In this document: positions 1 through 8,289 of the stretch, one piece after another
Position numbering within the stretch: the first letter of the stretch is position 1
Layout: each line of letters starts with the position of its first letter
Assembly (NCBI GenBank): GCA_041744595.1
Contig: JBGTKO010000374.1
Location: forward strand, 10,904 to 34,903
From: Pirellulales bacterium
Lineage (GTDB): Bacteria > Planctomycetota > Planctomycetia > Pirellulales > UBA1268
Direction of reading: 5' to 3'
DNA: 24,000 bases
Notes under the pieces: model-generated
The model's input: the letters and a program-made list of their open reading frames with translations, nothing else
What the model was told of the DNA's origin: nothing
The model's database searches: none
Translations under genes and position numbers: made by a program

Positions 1-390
1 CCCCCGCCGGTCGCCTGGGTGACCTATCCGCTCGTCATTCTGTGCGGCGTCGCGATCCTCTACGCAATCGTGATCATGCTCGCGGCTGCCACGATCCATA
101 TGGGCCGAAATCAAAGCCTCTACGATTTCTGGTTTTACCTCACGAACTTCAATCGCTATCCCGCGGAGATCTACGCCGGGCCGTGGGGTGGGCCGCTCCG
201 CGCCGTGTTTACGTTTGTGATCCCGATTCTTTTGGTCGTCAACATACCGGCCCACGTGGTGACGAGACCGCTTGTCGATAGCGCCTGGTGGCCCGTCGCC
301 GGGATCGTAGTTGCGGCAGCCGCGTCGCTTGGTATCTCCAGGCTTGTGTTCCAGTGGTCCCTTGCCCGCTACCGGAGCGCGTCGAGCTGA
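1..390 (+). CDS. ABC-2-type transporter permease (DUF990-like), C-terminal part; the gene starts upstream of the window
   Basis: The frame is open from nt 1 to TGA 388-390. The product is almost entirely hydrophobic helices (VILCGVAILYAIVIMLAAATI, FTFVIPILLVVNIP, VAGIVVAAAASLGI) and carries an FNRYPAEIY segment that I associate with ABC-2/DUF990 membrane subunits. The stop lies 1 nt before the next start. Confidence 0.5.
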   Translation, partial: PPPVAWVTYPLVILCGVAILYAIVIMLAAATIHMGRNQSLYDFWFYLTNFNRYPAEIYAGPWGGPLRAVFTFVIPILLVVNIPAHVVTRPLVDSAWWPVAGIVVAAAASLGISRLVFQWSLARYRSASS

Positions 391-391
391 C

Positions 392-1777
392 ATGGTGGAA
401 GCAAGCACGGCCCGCCGAGGTCTGCATGAGGATATCGCAGCCGTTGTGATTGGCCTGTCGGCGGTGCTGCTGGCGCTCTTGGTCACGTGGCTGGCGCGAC
501 CGACCGACGATGCAGCTAGCAGAGAACGTTATTCGAAGGAATGGACTACGCCGCTTGCGGCGTCAGTCGGTACCCCTGGCACGTGGACCGACGATCCACT
601 GGAAGCTTTCACCGACAAGGAAGGCCACATCGACCTCACGCCGATCGTGATGGGCATGGACTGGGTCCTTCTTGCCGGGGCAGTTGGAACGATCCTGGGA
701 GGGCATCGGCTTCTCGCATTCTTGCCGGGAGGCGTTGCGTTGGTCGTGCTCGCGTGCCTCGCCTATGTCATCGCGGCTCAGAGCGTCATCAAGCACTACA
801 ACCTTGAGTACCCGCTGTGGGCACTCGCCATCGGGCTCGTCGTGGGGAACCTAACGGGCGTGCCGAGGTGGCTGAGGCCGGCGCTCCTGGGAGAGTTCTT
901 CATCAAGACGGGGCTCGTGGTCTTCGGTGCCGAAGTGCTTGTCACTCGGCTCCTCGCTCTCGGGCTTCCCGGCGTCATGACCGCCTGGGTCGTGACACCG
1001 ATCGTGCTCGTCACCACCTACCTGTTTGGCGTCCACATTCTGAAGGTGCCGTCGCGATCGCTCTGCATGACGCTTGCGGCCGATATGTCGGTGTGTGGCG
1101 TGTCGGCCGCGATCGCGACAGGCGCAGCGTGTCGAGCCAAGAAGGAAGAAATCTCGCTCACCATCAGCCTGTCGCTCTTCTTCACCGTCATCATGATGGT
1201 GGCCATGCCCCCCGTGGTCCGCTGGCTCGAGCTCAGTGAGATCGTCGGGGGAGCCTGGATCGGTGGCACCATCGACGCGACGGGGGCCGTCGTGGCTGCT
1301 GGTGAATCGATCAGCAAGCGGGCCGGCGAGGTGGCAGCGACGGTCAAGATGATCCAAAACTCGATGATCGGGTTCATTGCCTTTGCGGTGGCCGCATACT
1401 GGGCCGGCTGGGTTGAACGGTATGCCACCCCTGTACGTGGCTCACTCTTCGGCGAGACATGGCGCCGCTTTCCTCGATTCATCCTCGGGTTTCTGGCTGC
1501 CTCGCTGCTCTGTTCTGCAATCCACGCGATGGGGCCCGAAGAAGCACTCTGGGTAGAGGAAGCCACAGGGGGCTTCACCTCAAAACTCCGCGGCTGGCTG
1601 TTCTGCGTGGGCTTTGTCTGCATGGGCCTCCAGACAAACTTTCGCGAGTTGGCCCCCTACCTCGCCAGTGGCCGACCGGTCGTGCTCTATGTCGCGGGGC
1701 AGGCCTTCAATCTCGCACTCACGCTCGCGATGGCGAGCCTGTCGTTTGGCTGGCTCTTTCGAAACGTCGTGTCCTGA
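392..1777 (+). CDS. YeiH/UPF0324-family integral membrane protein (putative sulfate-exporter family transporter)
   Basis: I chose in-frame ATG 392, directly after the upstream TGA, over the ORF-track start at 311, which overlaps the previous gene. The protein is polytopic and has family-typical segments: LAIGLVVGN, FFIKTGLVVFGAEV, and MTLAADMSVCGVSAAIATGAACRAKKEE (compare the E. coli YeiH SICGASAIAA region). Confidence 0.75.
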   Translation: MVEASTARRGLHEDIAAVVIGLSAVLLALLVTWLARPTDDAASRERYSKEWTTPLAASVGTPGTWTDDPLEAFTDKEGHIDLTPIVMGMDWVLLAGAVGTILGGHRLLAFLPGGVALVVLACLAYVIAAQSVIKHYNLEYPLWALAIGLVVGNLTGVPRWLRPALLGEFFIKTGLVVFGAEVLVTRLLALGLPGVMTAWVVTPIVLVTTYLFGVHILKVPSRSLCMTLAADMSVCGVSAAIATGAACRAKKEEISLTISLSLFFTVIMMVAMPPVVRWLELSEIVGGAWIGGTIDATGAVVAAGESISKRAGEVAATVKMIQNSMIGFIAFAVAAYWAGWVERYATPVRGSLFGETWRRFPRFILGFLAASLLCSAIHAMGPEEALWVEEATGGFTSKLRGWLFCVGFVCMGLQTNFRELAPYLASGRPVVLYVAGQAFNLALTLAMASLSFGWLFRNVVS

Positions 1778-1787
1778 TTCTGGTGGT

Positions 1788-1801
1788 AAGATCGCGATCT
1801 T
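1788..1801. repeat. Perfect 14-bp palindrome AAGATCGCGATCTT in the 42-nt gap before the first TIM-barrel gene (possible operator or small hairpin)
   Basis: Read directly from the sequence; the reverse complement is identical. It lies 19 nt upstream of ATG 1820. Confidence 0.6.
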
Positions 1802-1819
1802 CCCACGGGACCTTTCTGC

Positions 1820-2686
1820 ATGCCGCTCACGCTCGCCTTCAGCTCCAATGCCTACCTTGACGTGCCGGTTGAGGAGGCCGTCGCGCGGATCGCCGCCGCG
1901 GGCTACCGTGGCATCGAGCTTCTTGCCGATGTGCCCCACGCATGGCCGGCCGGGCTGCTGGAAGTCCAAAAGGAGACGATCCGCCGGGCGATCAAAGAAC
2001 ACGGCCTTACGATCTCCAACATCAACGCGTTCATGATGAACGCCGTGGCCGATCCGCGGCAGCCCTATTGGCATCCTGGTTGGACCGATCCCGACCCGCA
2101 CTACCGTGCCATCCGCCGTGAACACACAAAGCGGGCGCTTCGACTGGCTTCGGAGTTGGGAGCCACCACGATCTCGACCGAACCTGGCGGTGAGTTGGCC
2201 CTGGGGCAGTCGCGAGAGGAAGCCGAAACGATCTTCTATGACGAGATCATGCCGGTTCTCGATGTTGCGGCATCATGCAACGTGACCTTGCTCATCGAGC
2301 CCGAGCCAGGGTTGCTCATTGAGACGTTTGATCAATACCTCACGTTTGCCGCGCGAGTCGACCACCCATCGCTCGGCCTCAACTTCGACGTTGGCCACGC
2401 CTACTGTGTGGCCGACGACCCCGCAGAATGGGTGCCACGGCTCGTCGGGCACACGCGGCACTACCACGTAGAGGACATCGCCGCCACGCGGGTGCACCAC
2501 CACCTCGTGCCAGGGGAAGGAGCGATCGATTTTACGGGCGTGCTTCGCGCGATTGCGACTTATACGCCCGATATCTGGGTGACGGTGGAGCTCTATCCCT
2601 ACCGTGACCGACCCGACGACGCTGCCCGCGCGGCCCGGGCTTACCTCCTCGCGGTGGCACGCGATGCGGAAGTGGAGCTCACCTGA
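1820..2686 (+). CDS. Sugar phosphate isomerase/epimerase (xylose isomerase-like TIM barrel)
   Basis: 288 aa. The N-terminus (FSSNAYLDVPVEEAVARIAAAGYRGIEL) and later metal-ligand-like segments (LLIEPEPG, NFDVGHAY, HYHVEDI, VTVELY) are typical of the AP_endonuc_2/xylose-isomerase-like fold. The stop overlaps the next start by 1 nt. Confidence 0.8.
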   Translation: MPLTLAFSSNAYLDVPVEEAVARIAAAGYRGIELLADVPHAWPAGLLEVQKETIRRAIKEHGLTISNINAFMMNAVADPRQPYWHPGWTDPDPHYRAIRREHTKRALRLASELGATTISTEPGGELALGQSREEAETIFYDEIMPVLDVAASCNVTLLIEPEPGLLIETFDQYLTFAARVDHPSLGLNFDVGHAYCVADDPAEWVPRLVGHTRHYHVEDIAATRVHHHLVPGEGAIDFTGVLRAIATYTPDIWVTVELYPYRDRPDDAARAARAYLLAVARDAEVELT

Positions 2687-3612
2687 TGCTTGCCTGGTTG
2701 CGCATTATTCGGATACCGAATCTGGCGACGGCGGCTGCCGATGCGCTGGCGGGCTATCTCGTGATCGCAGGGCTTCGCGAGCTTGCGTGGCCGCCGGCTG
2801 CCTGCGGCCTCGCCGTGGCGGCGGTTGTGGCGCTCTACGCGGCAGGCATCGTGTTCAATGATGTGTGCGACGCGGAGCTCGATCGCCGCGAGCGACCGGA
2901 GCGGCCGCTGCCGAGCGGTGCGATTGACTCACGAGCTGCAGCGATCGCCGCCGGTGGGCTTGGGGTTGCAGGGTTGTTCCTGGCCGGTGGAGCGAGCTAC
3001 CAGACGGCATCTCCTTGGCCGGCGGCAGTCGCCGCCATTCTCGCTGGATGTATTTGGCTCTATGACCGCCACGCGAAGGGCACCTCGCTCGGACCGATCG
3101 TCATGGGCACCTGCCGAAGTCTTGCGTGGCTCGTGGGAATGACGGCGGCCGGTGGCCCGAACGAGATTTATGAGTGGCTCATCCCGGCAGGCATGGGGCT
3201 CTACGTGGCGGGTATCACGCTCTACGCTCGGGACGAGGCAGCCGAAAGCCAGCAGCGGAACACCCTCATGGCAGGCACCGTTGTCACGCTTCTCGGTCTT
3301 GTCGTAGCCGCAGGTTTTGTGTGGCTGCCTGAACGCGAACCGATTGAGCTTGCGGCTGGTGCTCAGATGCCTGTGACCACCTGGCTTCTGCTCTGGTCGG
3401 TGATCGGCACGTCGATCTTCTACCGCATGGCGGAGGGCATCGCCGACACCGAGCCGCGCCGCATCCGTTTCGCGGTCGGTAACGCCATCATGTCGATCAT
3501 CACGCTCGATGCCGTGCTCGTCCTGGCGGCCTGTGGCGAGCAGTGGGCGATCGTCGTTCTTTGTCTCTTGGCCTGGTTTCTGTTTTTCAAGCGTCTCGTG
3601 CCGCCGACCTGA
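2686..3612 (+). CDS. UbiA-family aromatic/polyprenyl prenyltransferase (membrane)
   Basis: 308 aa, multi-TM. It has the first Asp-rich motif NDVCDAELDRRERPERPLPSG (NDxxDxxxD followed by RPLxSG). ATG 2686-2688 overlaps TGA 2684-2686 of the upstream gene, suggesting translational coupling. Confidence 0.85.
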   Translation: MLAWLRIIRIPNLATAAADALAGYLVIAGLRELAWPPAACGLAVAAVVALYAAGIVFNDVCDAELDRRERPERPLPSGAIDSRAAAIAAGGLGVAGLFLAGGASYQTASPWPAAVAAILAGCIWLYDRHAKGTSLGPIVMGTCRSLAWLVGMTAAGGPNEIYEWLIPAGMGLYVAGITLYARDEAAESQQRNTLMAGTVVTLLGLVVAAGFVWLPEREPIELAAGAQMPVTTWLLLWSVIGTSIFYRMAEGIADTEPRRIRFAVGNAIMSIITLDAVLVLAACGEQWAIVVLCLLAWFLFFKRLVPPT

Positions 3613-3640
3613 CGCACGGCGAGCAAGGTGGCCTCAGACG

Positions 3641-4534
3641 ATGCTTCTTGGCTACAGCACCAACAGTATCGGTGAGATTGATCCGCTCGATGCGGTGCCG
3701 ATCCTCGCGGATCTCGGTTACCGGTCGCTGGCAATCACGCCTGACCGACACCTCCTGAATCCATGTGCCGCGGGACTCGCGGCAGAGGTGTCTCACTGGC
3801 AACGGGTGCTCGAGGCGCATCGCGTGGCATGCGTTATCGAGACGGGCGCCCGCCACCTGCTTGATCCGCGTGTCAAGCATGAGCCGACGCTTGTCTCGGC
3901 GGACCGCGAGGCTCGCAGTCGGCGGGTTGAGTTCACGCGACGCGCGATTGACATCGCAGCCGATCTGGGGGCGAGTTGCGTGTCTTTTTGGAGCGGTGTG
4001 GCCCGCGACGCGGCTCCCGAAGACGTGATCCAGGCTCGACTCGTCGAGAGCCTCCGCCCGATCCTGGAGCACGCGGAGAGTCGCGGCATCACGCTCGGCT
4101 TCGAGCCCGAGCCGGGCATGGTGATCGACACGGTCGCAAGGTATGCCTTGCTCGTCGAGCAACTCGGCCACTCTTCGGTGCTCGGCCTCACGATCGACAC
4201 GGGGCACCTCGAGTGCCTTGGCGAGCGGCCGGCCGCTGACGTGATCGCACCATGGGCGACGCGGATCGTGAACGTTCACATCGACGACATGCTCGCCTGC
4301 CGACACGAACACCTGCCGCTCGGCACGGGTGACGTTGACTTTGCACCGATCTTCGCGGCCCTCGCCGCAGCCGGCTTCTCCGGGGGCCTGCACGTGGAAC
4401 TCCCGCGGCAGACCCACCGCTGGTTCGACACTGCCCGCGAGTCGGCCTGCTTTATTCAGCGGCTCGTCAATCCAAGCCCACCTGCGCGAGCAGGTGGGAC
4501 GGCGGGTAGCTCGCCGTCCAGTTTTCGATCGTGA
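3641..4534 (+). CDS. Sugar phosphate isomerase/epimerase (xylose isomerase-like TIM barrel), second paralog
   Basis: I chose in-frame ATG 3641 (MLLGYSTNSIG...) over the track start at 3509, which overlaps the UbiA gene. Motifs: LGFEPEPG, TIDTGHLE, NVHIDDM, LHVELP. Confidence 0.8.
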   Translation: MLLGYSTNSIGEIDPLDAVPILADLGYRSLAITPDRHLLNPCAAGLAAEVSHWQRVLEAHRVACVIETGARHLLDPRVKHEPTLVSADREARSRRVEFTRRAIDIAADLGASCVSFWSGVARDAAPEDVIQARLVESLRPILEHAESRGITLGFEPEPGMVIDTVARYALLVEQLGHSSVLGLTIDTGHLECLGERPAADVIAPWATRIVNVHIDDMLACRHEHLPLGTGDVDFAPIFAALAAAGFSGGLHVELPRQTHRWFDTARESACFIQRLVNPSPPARAGGTAGSSPSSFRS

Positions 4535-4557
4535 GCGGGCTCGCCCAACAACCCGCC

Positions 4558-4587
4558 GTCCCCACGCTCGCGCGAGGGGCTTCTATG
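4558..4587. repeat. Copy 1 of a 30-bp direct repeat GTCCCCACGCTCGCGCGAGGGGCTTCTATG (contains a hairpin)
   Basis: It matches 4629-4658 at 29 of 30 positions. The internal sequence CCCCACGCTCGCGCGAGGGG can fold as a 4+3 bp stem with one mismatch. It lies in the convergent intergenic region between the TIM-barrel gene (stop 4534) and the ferredoxin gene (stop 4671). Confidence 0.8.
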
Positions 4588-4628
4588 AGGTAGCTCGTTG
4601 TGAACTTCCTTCACCTCCTCAAAGTCGG

Positions 4629-4658
4629 GTCCCCACGCTTGCGCGAGGGGCTTCTATG
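4629..4658. repeat. Copy 2 of the 30-bp direct repeat (GTCCCCACGCTTGCGCGAGGGGCTTCTATG)
   Basis: One C-to-T difference from copy 1. The two copies are separated by a 41-bp spacer. Confidence 0.8.
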
Positions 4659-4670
4659 GCGCGCGGCGAT

Positions 4671-5030
4671 TCACGACCACTCAGGTGGTGGCTCGATCGT
4701 GTCGGCTGGCCGCTTCCCCGAATCCTTGCGGCCGGAGCCCTCAAAGCGACTGATCGCCTTCACGGTCATGTCGGCATCACAGGTGATCTGGCAGGAGAGC
4801 CGAAGCGATGGTGTGCCAGCGAGCCCCTTGGCCGTGAGCACATCCTTTTCGGCTTTCGTCATCGTCGCGGGCTCGCCCGCCACAAACTCGACGCGGCAGG
4901 TGGTGCAGCGGGCCACACCACCACAGGCGTGGAGCTGATCGATGCCACAGTCATCGACCAGGGCGTTGACCAGCCGCTTGCCAGCCGGCACCTCGAATGA
5001 TCCGACATCTTCAACGGTCAGTTTTGGCAT
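4671..5030 (-). CDS. 2Fe-2S ferredoxin-type iron-sulfur protein
   Basis: 119 aa with the Cys pattern HACGGVARCTTC ... C (LSCQITC), typical of plant/adrenodoxin-like 2Fe-2S domains. It lies 33 nt downstream of the DUF1080-ThuA gene on the same strand. Confidence 0.75.
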   Translation of the reverse strand: MPKLTVEDVGSFEVPAGKRLVNALVDDCGIDQLHACGGVARCTTCRVEFVAGEPATMTKAEKDVLTAKGLAGTPSLRLSCQITCDADMTVKAISRFEGSGRKDSGKRPADTIEPPPEWS

Positions 5031-5063
5031 GGATCTTTTCCTTGGGATGGGGGAACGAGGAGT

Positions 5064-6620
5064 TCACTTCTCGCCCTTCTTACGTTTCGGATCAAGATTC
5101 GCGGCAAGGTCTTCCTCGGAAACAGCCGTCACGATCCCGTCGCTCGGCACGTCGATGCCGGCGGTCCAGGCAAGGGCGTTGAGCATGAGCTTTCGGAAGT
5201 CGTCATTGCTCCAGTTGGCGTGGAAGTGGCCTCCCGTACAGCCGAAGCCGCGGCCTCCCTCTGGCCGCTCGTAGGCCCAGGCGAGCGCCTCGCGACCACC
5301 TCGGTTGGCCCGAACGGTCGGGTTATTGCTGTGGGGACCGTCGGGCCGCTCCCGCGTCGAATCCGGTGGCACCGCGGTGAGGATCAACGTCAGCCCCTTC
5401 GTGGGCTCGACGAACCGCATGTTGTAGTACCACTCGTCGTTGATCTCGAAGGGTTTGACACCTCGCGTGATCGGGTGGTCTTTGGCAACTTCCGTCTCGG
5501 CGAGCGTCCAGTGGGGATTCACCGACCAATGCGGCTCGAAGTAGCCTCCCATCCAGTCCAGGAACTCTGGGCCTCCCTTTTCCTTCGTCACCTCGACGGC
5601 ATAGTGGAGGCATGCGATCCCGATGCCCCGCTTCGCGAGGGCGTCGATCTGCCCGAGGCGGTTGCTCTGGAGGACCGGGTGCCCGCCGCCACCGTCGGCA
5701 AAGAAGAAGACGGCATCGGCGTTGTCAAACGCCGTCGGATCGGTCGGCCAGCCGCCCGAATAGACCTCGGTCACAAGCTGCGGGCAGGCTTCACCAAGGC
5801 ATTTCTCGAGCAGCATGCAGCCCGCGCGAAACTCATGCTGGCCTGGCCCGTGGCTCGGCTTCCCCGCGACCATCACGAGCTTCTTCTTGCCATCGGTCAG
5901 CCGCGTCCGCTTGAGCCGGATGTTCTTGAACTCCACCTTCATCGGTGGGCCAGCGTGCACCTGAAACGCCAACACGCCCTGGTCAGCCCGTTTGCCAGGC
6001 TGCTCATCGACGATCTCCGCCATGAGCTGGCCATTGATGAAGTGCTCGAGCCGCGGGCCTTTGGCCACGATGCGGTAGGTGTTCCACTCGCCCGACTTGA
6101 TCACCTCTTGAAGTTTGGCCGTGTCGCCAATCGGTTCGCCCTGAGTCTTCTTACCATCGGCACCGATCGTGATCCGCTGGCCTCGCTGGCAGAGAATGCC
6201 GCGGCCTCGCTCCTCATAGAGAATGCCGGAGTATTTGGTGCCCGATTCAAAGTCGGCCTGGTAACCGCCGACAACGAAGTCACCAAGGTCGCGACTGCGG
6301 TACTGGATGCCGCTATTGCCAGTAGCCATGCGGTACTCGAGCTCGAGCTCGAAGTCGTCAACGAGCCCTGCCCGCCAGATGAGAAACGTGTTGCCCTTGG
6401 TCGGGTTCTCGGCTGTGGTCTCGCCGATGATCGTCCCGTTCTCGACACGCCAGAACTCAGGTTTTCCTTCCCAGCCCTCGAGGCTCTCGCCGTCGAAAAT
6501 CGGCACGAGTCCTGCATCGTCAGCCCTGCCAACGGCTGCAAGCGTGAGCGAGAACACGATCCCGATGAGGCAAAGGCCGCGGAGAATTTTGTCCACGAAG
6601 GGATGAGTGATCTTCGACAC
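5064..6620 (-). CDS. Secreted DUF1080 (3-keto-disaccharide hydrolase-like) + ThuA-like domain fusion protein
   Basis: 518 aa. It has an N-terminal signal/anchor ([18 protein letters not shown]). The DUF1080 hallmark follows ([26 protein letters not shown] ... NSGIQYR ... LAFQVH ... VEFKNIRLK). The ThuA-like half comes last ([17 protein letters not shown] ... [15 protein letters not shown] ... ACLHYA). Confidence 0.8.
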   Translation of the reverse strand: MSKITHPFVDKILRGLCLIGIVFSLTLAAVGRADDAGLVPIFDGESLEGWEGKPEFWRVENGTIIGETTAENPTKGNTFLIWRAGLVDDFELELEYRMATGNSGIQYRSRDLGDFVVGGYQADFESGTKYSGILYEERGRGILCQRGQRITIGADGKKTQGEPIGDTAKLQEVIKSGEWNTYRIVAKGPRLEHFINGQLMAEIVDEQPGKRADQGVLAFQVHAGPPMKVEFKNIRLKRTRLTDGKKKLVMVAGKPSHGPGQHEFRAGCMLLEKCLGEACPQLVTEVYSGGWPTDPTAFDNADAVFFFADGGGGHPVLQSNRLGQIDALAKRGIGIACLHYAVEVTKEKGGPEFLDWMGGYFEPHWSVNPHWTLAETEVAKDHPITRGVKPFEINDEWYYNMRFVEPTKGLTLILTAVPPDSTRERPDGPHSNNPTVRANRGGREALAWAYERPEGGRGFGCTGGHFHANWSNDDFRKLMLNALAWTAGIDVPSDGIVTAVSEEDLAANLDPKRKKGEK

Positions 6621-6702
6621 GCGGTGGGCCTCCGGGGAACGCGAGGTCAGCGAAAGCCGCCGCCTCGGTCACGCAGTATGCCATGCCAGGGTGCAGCGGC
6701 TA

Positions 6703-8163
6703 CTACCGCCCGGGCAAACGGCCCATACCGCCGCGTTCCTTCGGCAGTTGACCGGGCCGGAACGAGCCAGCCTCGAGGCCGAGCATGTCGAGGAGCCCAT
6801 CCACGCCGGTGACGCGAATATTGTAGGTGCGAGCTGAGTCGAGATTCCGCGTCCGTCGCTTGGCTTCAGCGGGCCAGCCTGGCACGTCACGGCCATCCTG
6901 ACTGGACGGGGGCTGACCGAGATCGACGACAATCGCCGTGCTTGGACCGACGGCATCCACGATCTTTCCGCCAGCCCGCTCGACCATCGCATTCAGTGTT
7001 GCCAGATCCGAGCGGCCATCGCCGTCCAAGTCGACGAACCCGACAATGGCGACATCCGGCGACACACCGCCAGCCCATAGACTCGACGACACGCCGTCTC
7101 CGGAGAGGATCGGGTTTCGCGGATCTTCCCGACGAAGCACGGTCTTCAGGAGCGTTGGCCCCTCGATCTCTGACACCTCGATGACTCCCTTGTGAGTTCC
7201 AAACTCGGGCTGAGGGTCGTCCGGTGGAAACACTTGCAGTACGAGCCCGGGGCGAAGTCCGGCCGTTGTGCGACACGACACGAGTGCCGTGCCGGTCCGC
7301 GGATCGATACTCACGACATGCCCCTTGAAGCCATTGATTCGATCGTTGGAGGGCCGGGCATCTGCAATGATATTTTGCAGCTCGGGGTCGGCTACCCGCA
7401 GCCGGCTGAGGATGGCATTGAGGCGGTCGATCTCCTTGGCCCGTCCACGGAGTTCGAAGCGGAGGAGGTCGAGTTGCTTGATGAGCTCACCAGACTCGAT
7501 CGCCGCGCGGAACTCAGGCCGCCTCGACGGGGGCATGTAGTCGAGCCCCTTTTCGATCTCGGCTTTGAGGCTATCCATGTCGCGGGCTCGCTCTTCCGCG
7601 ACCCGCCGGGCATCCATCACCTTTGCCTGTTCCGTTTCGTGTTCCTTCCAGCGTTTCTCAAAATCGGCCTTTTCCTCGTCGCGTTGCTGAGCCGCGTTCT
7701 TTTCCGCGACGATCGCAGCCTGCTTGGCAGTCTCGGCCGAATCAACTTCGGACTTCTTCTGCGCCTCGAGCGCTGTCTTCTCTTCCGCGAGAGTCTTGAC
7801 CCGCGCGTTTTTGTCCCGGTACTCCTGTCGTACCCATTCGAGAAGCTTGAGATAGGTCTGTGTATCGCGTGGAAACCCTTCGAAGTCACCACTCACAAAC
7901 GACTCGAACTCAGTCCTGATTTCATCGACCGGAGTTTCGGCTGCAACACCAATGATCTCGCGGAGCTGGTTCATTTCCTCGGCGATGTTGCGAGCCTTCG
8001 TTTCAGCCCGAGCTGCCTCCGACGTTGCCTGGGCGCGGGCCTCTTCCGCTTTCTCAGCCTTGTCGAAATAGATGTAGGTCATGACACCCAAAGCAAAGGC
8101 GAGCATCACGAAGATGCTCAGCGCGATTGTCAGGGCCGTGTTTGTTCTCGGATTGCCAGCCAT
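6703..8163 (-). CDS. Membrane-anchored long coiled-coil protein, function unknown
   Basis: 486 aa. One N-terminal TM helix (ALTIALSIFVMLAFALGVMTYIYF) is followed by about 230 aa of charged heptad-like sequence (AEKAEEARAQATSEAARAETKARNIAEE...). The C-terminal globular region resembles a BRCT-like layout (ERAGGKIVDAVGPSTAIVVDLG ... YNIRVTGVDGLLDMLG), but that resemblance is weak. Confidence 0.6.
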   Translation of the reverse strand: MAGNPRTNTALTIALSIFVMLAFALGVMTYIYFDKAEKAEEARAQATSEAARAETKARNIAEEMNQLREIIGVAAETPVDEIRTEFESFVSGDFEGFPRDTQTYLKLLEWVRQEYRDKNARVKTLAEEKTALEAQKKSEVDSAETAKQAAIVAEKNAAQQRDEEKADFEKRWKEHETEQAKVMDARRVAEERARDMDSLKAEIEKGLDYMPPSRRPEFRAAIESGELIKQLDLLRFELRGRAKEIDRLNAILSRLRVADPELQNIIADARPSNDRINGFKGHVVSIDPRTGTALVSCRTTAGLRPGLVLQVFPPDDPQPEFGTHKGVIEVSEIEGPTLLKTVLRREDPRNPILSGDGVSSSLWAGGVSPDVAIVGFVDLDGDGRSDLATLNAMVERAGGKIVDAVGPSTAIVVDLGQPPSSQDGRDVPGWPAEAKRRTRNLDSARTYNIRVTGVDGLLDMLGLEAGSFRPGQLPKERGGMGRLPGR

Positions 8164-8289
8164 GCTCTGCCCTGCCTCTCGCCAGAAAGTCCCACCCTCG
8201 AGCCGCCGCGGATCGACGCCGAGACGCGGGCGGCCTTGAGCAGCCCCGCAGCGTCATCGACATTCCCGGCCGGACGCGTTCACGAATGA

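Noticed and set aside
4558-4658. Possible CRISPR array (30-bp repeat, 41-bp spacer)
   Set aside because: There are only two repeat units. I found no convincing third copy at the expected 71-bp period on either side, and no cas genes anywhere in the window. The location between convergent stop codons fits terminator or REP hairpins better.
5220-6812. 530-aa plus-strand ORF, with similar long antisense ORFs at 3587-4417(-), 7192-8289(+), 9810-10895(+), 10971-11727(-), 12959-14152(-), 14557-15195(-), 15241-16197(-) and 16219-17478(-)
   Set aside because: Each lies antisense to a gene with clear family motifs. Their translations are Arg/Pro/Gly/Ala-rich low-complexity sequence, typical of shadow ORFs in high-GC DNA.
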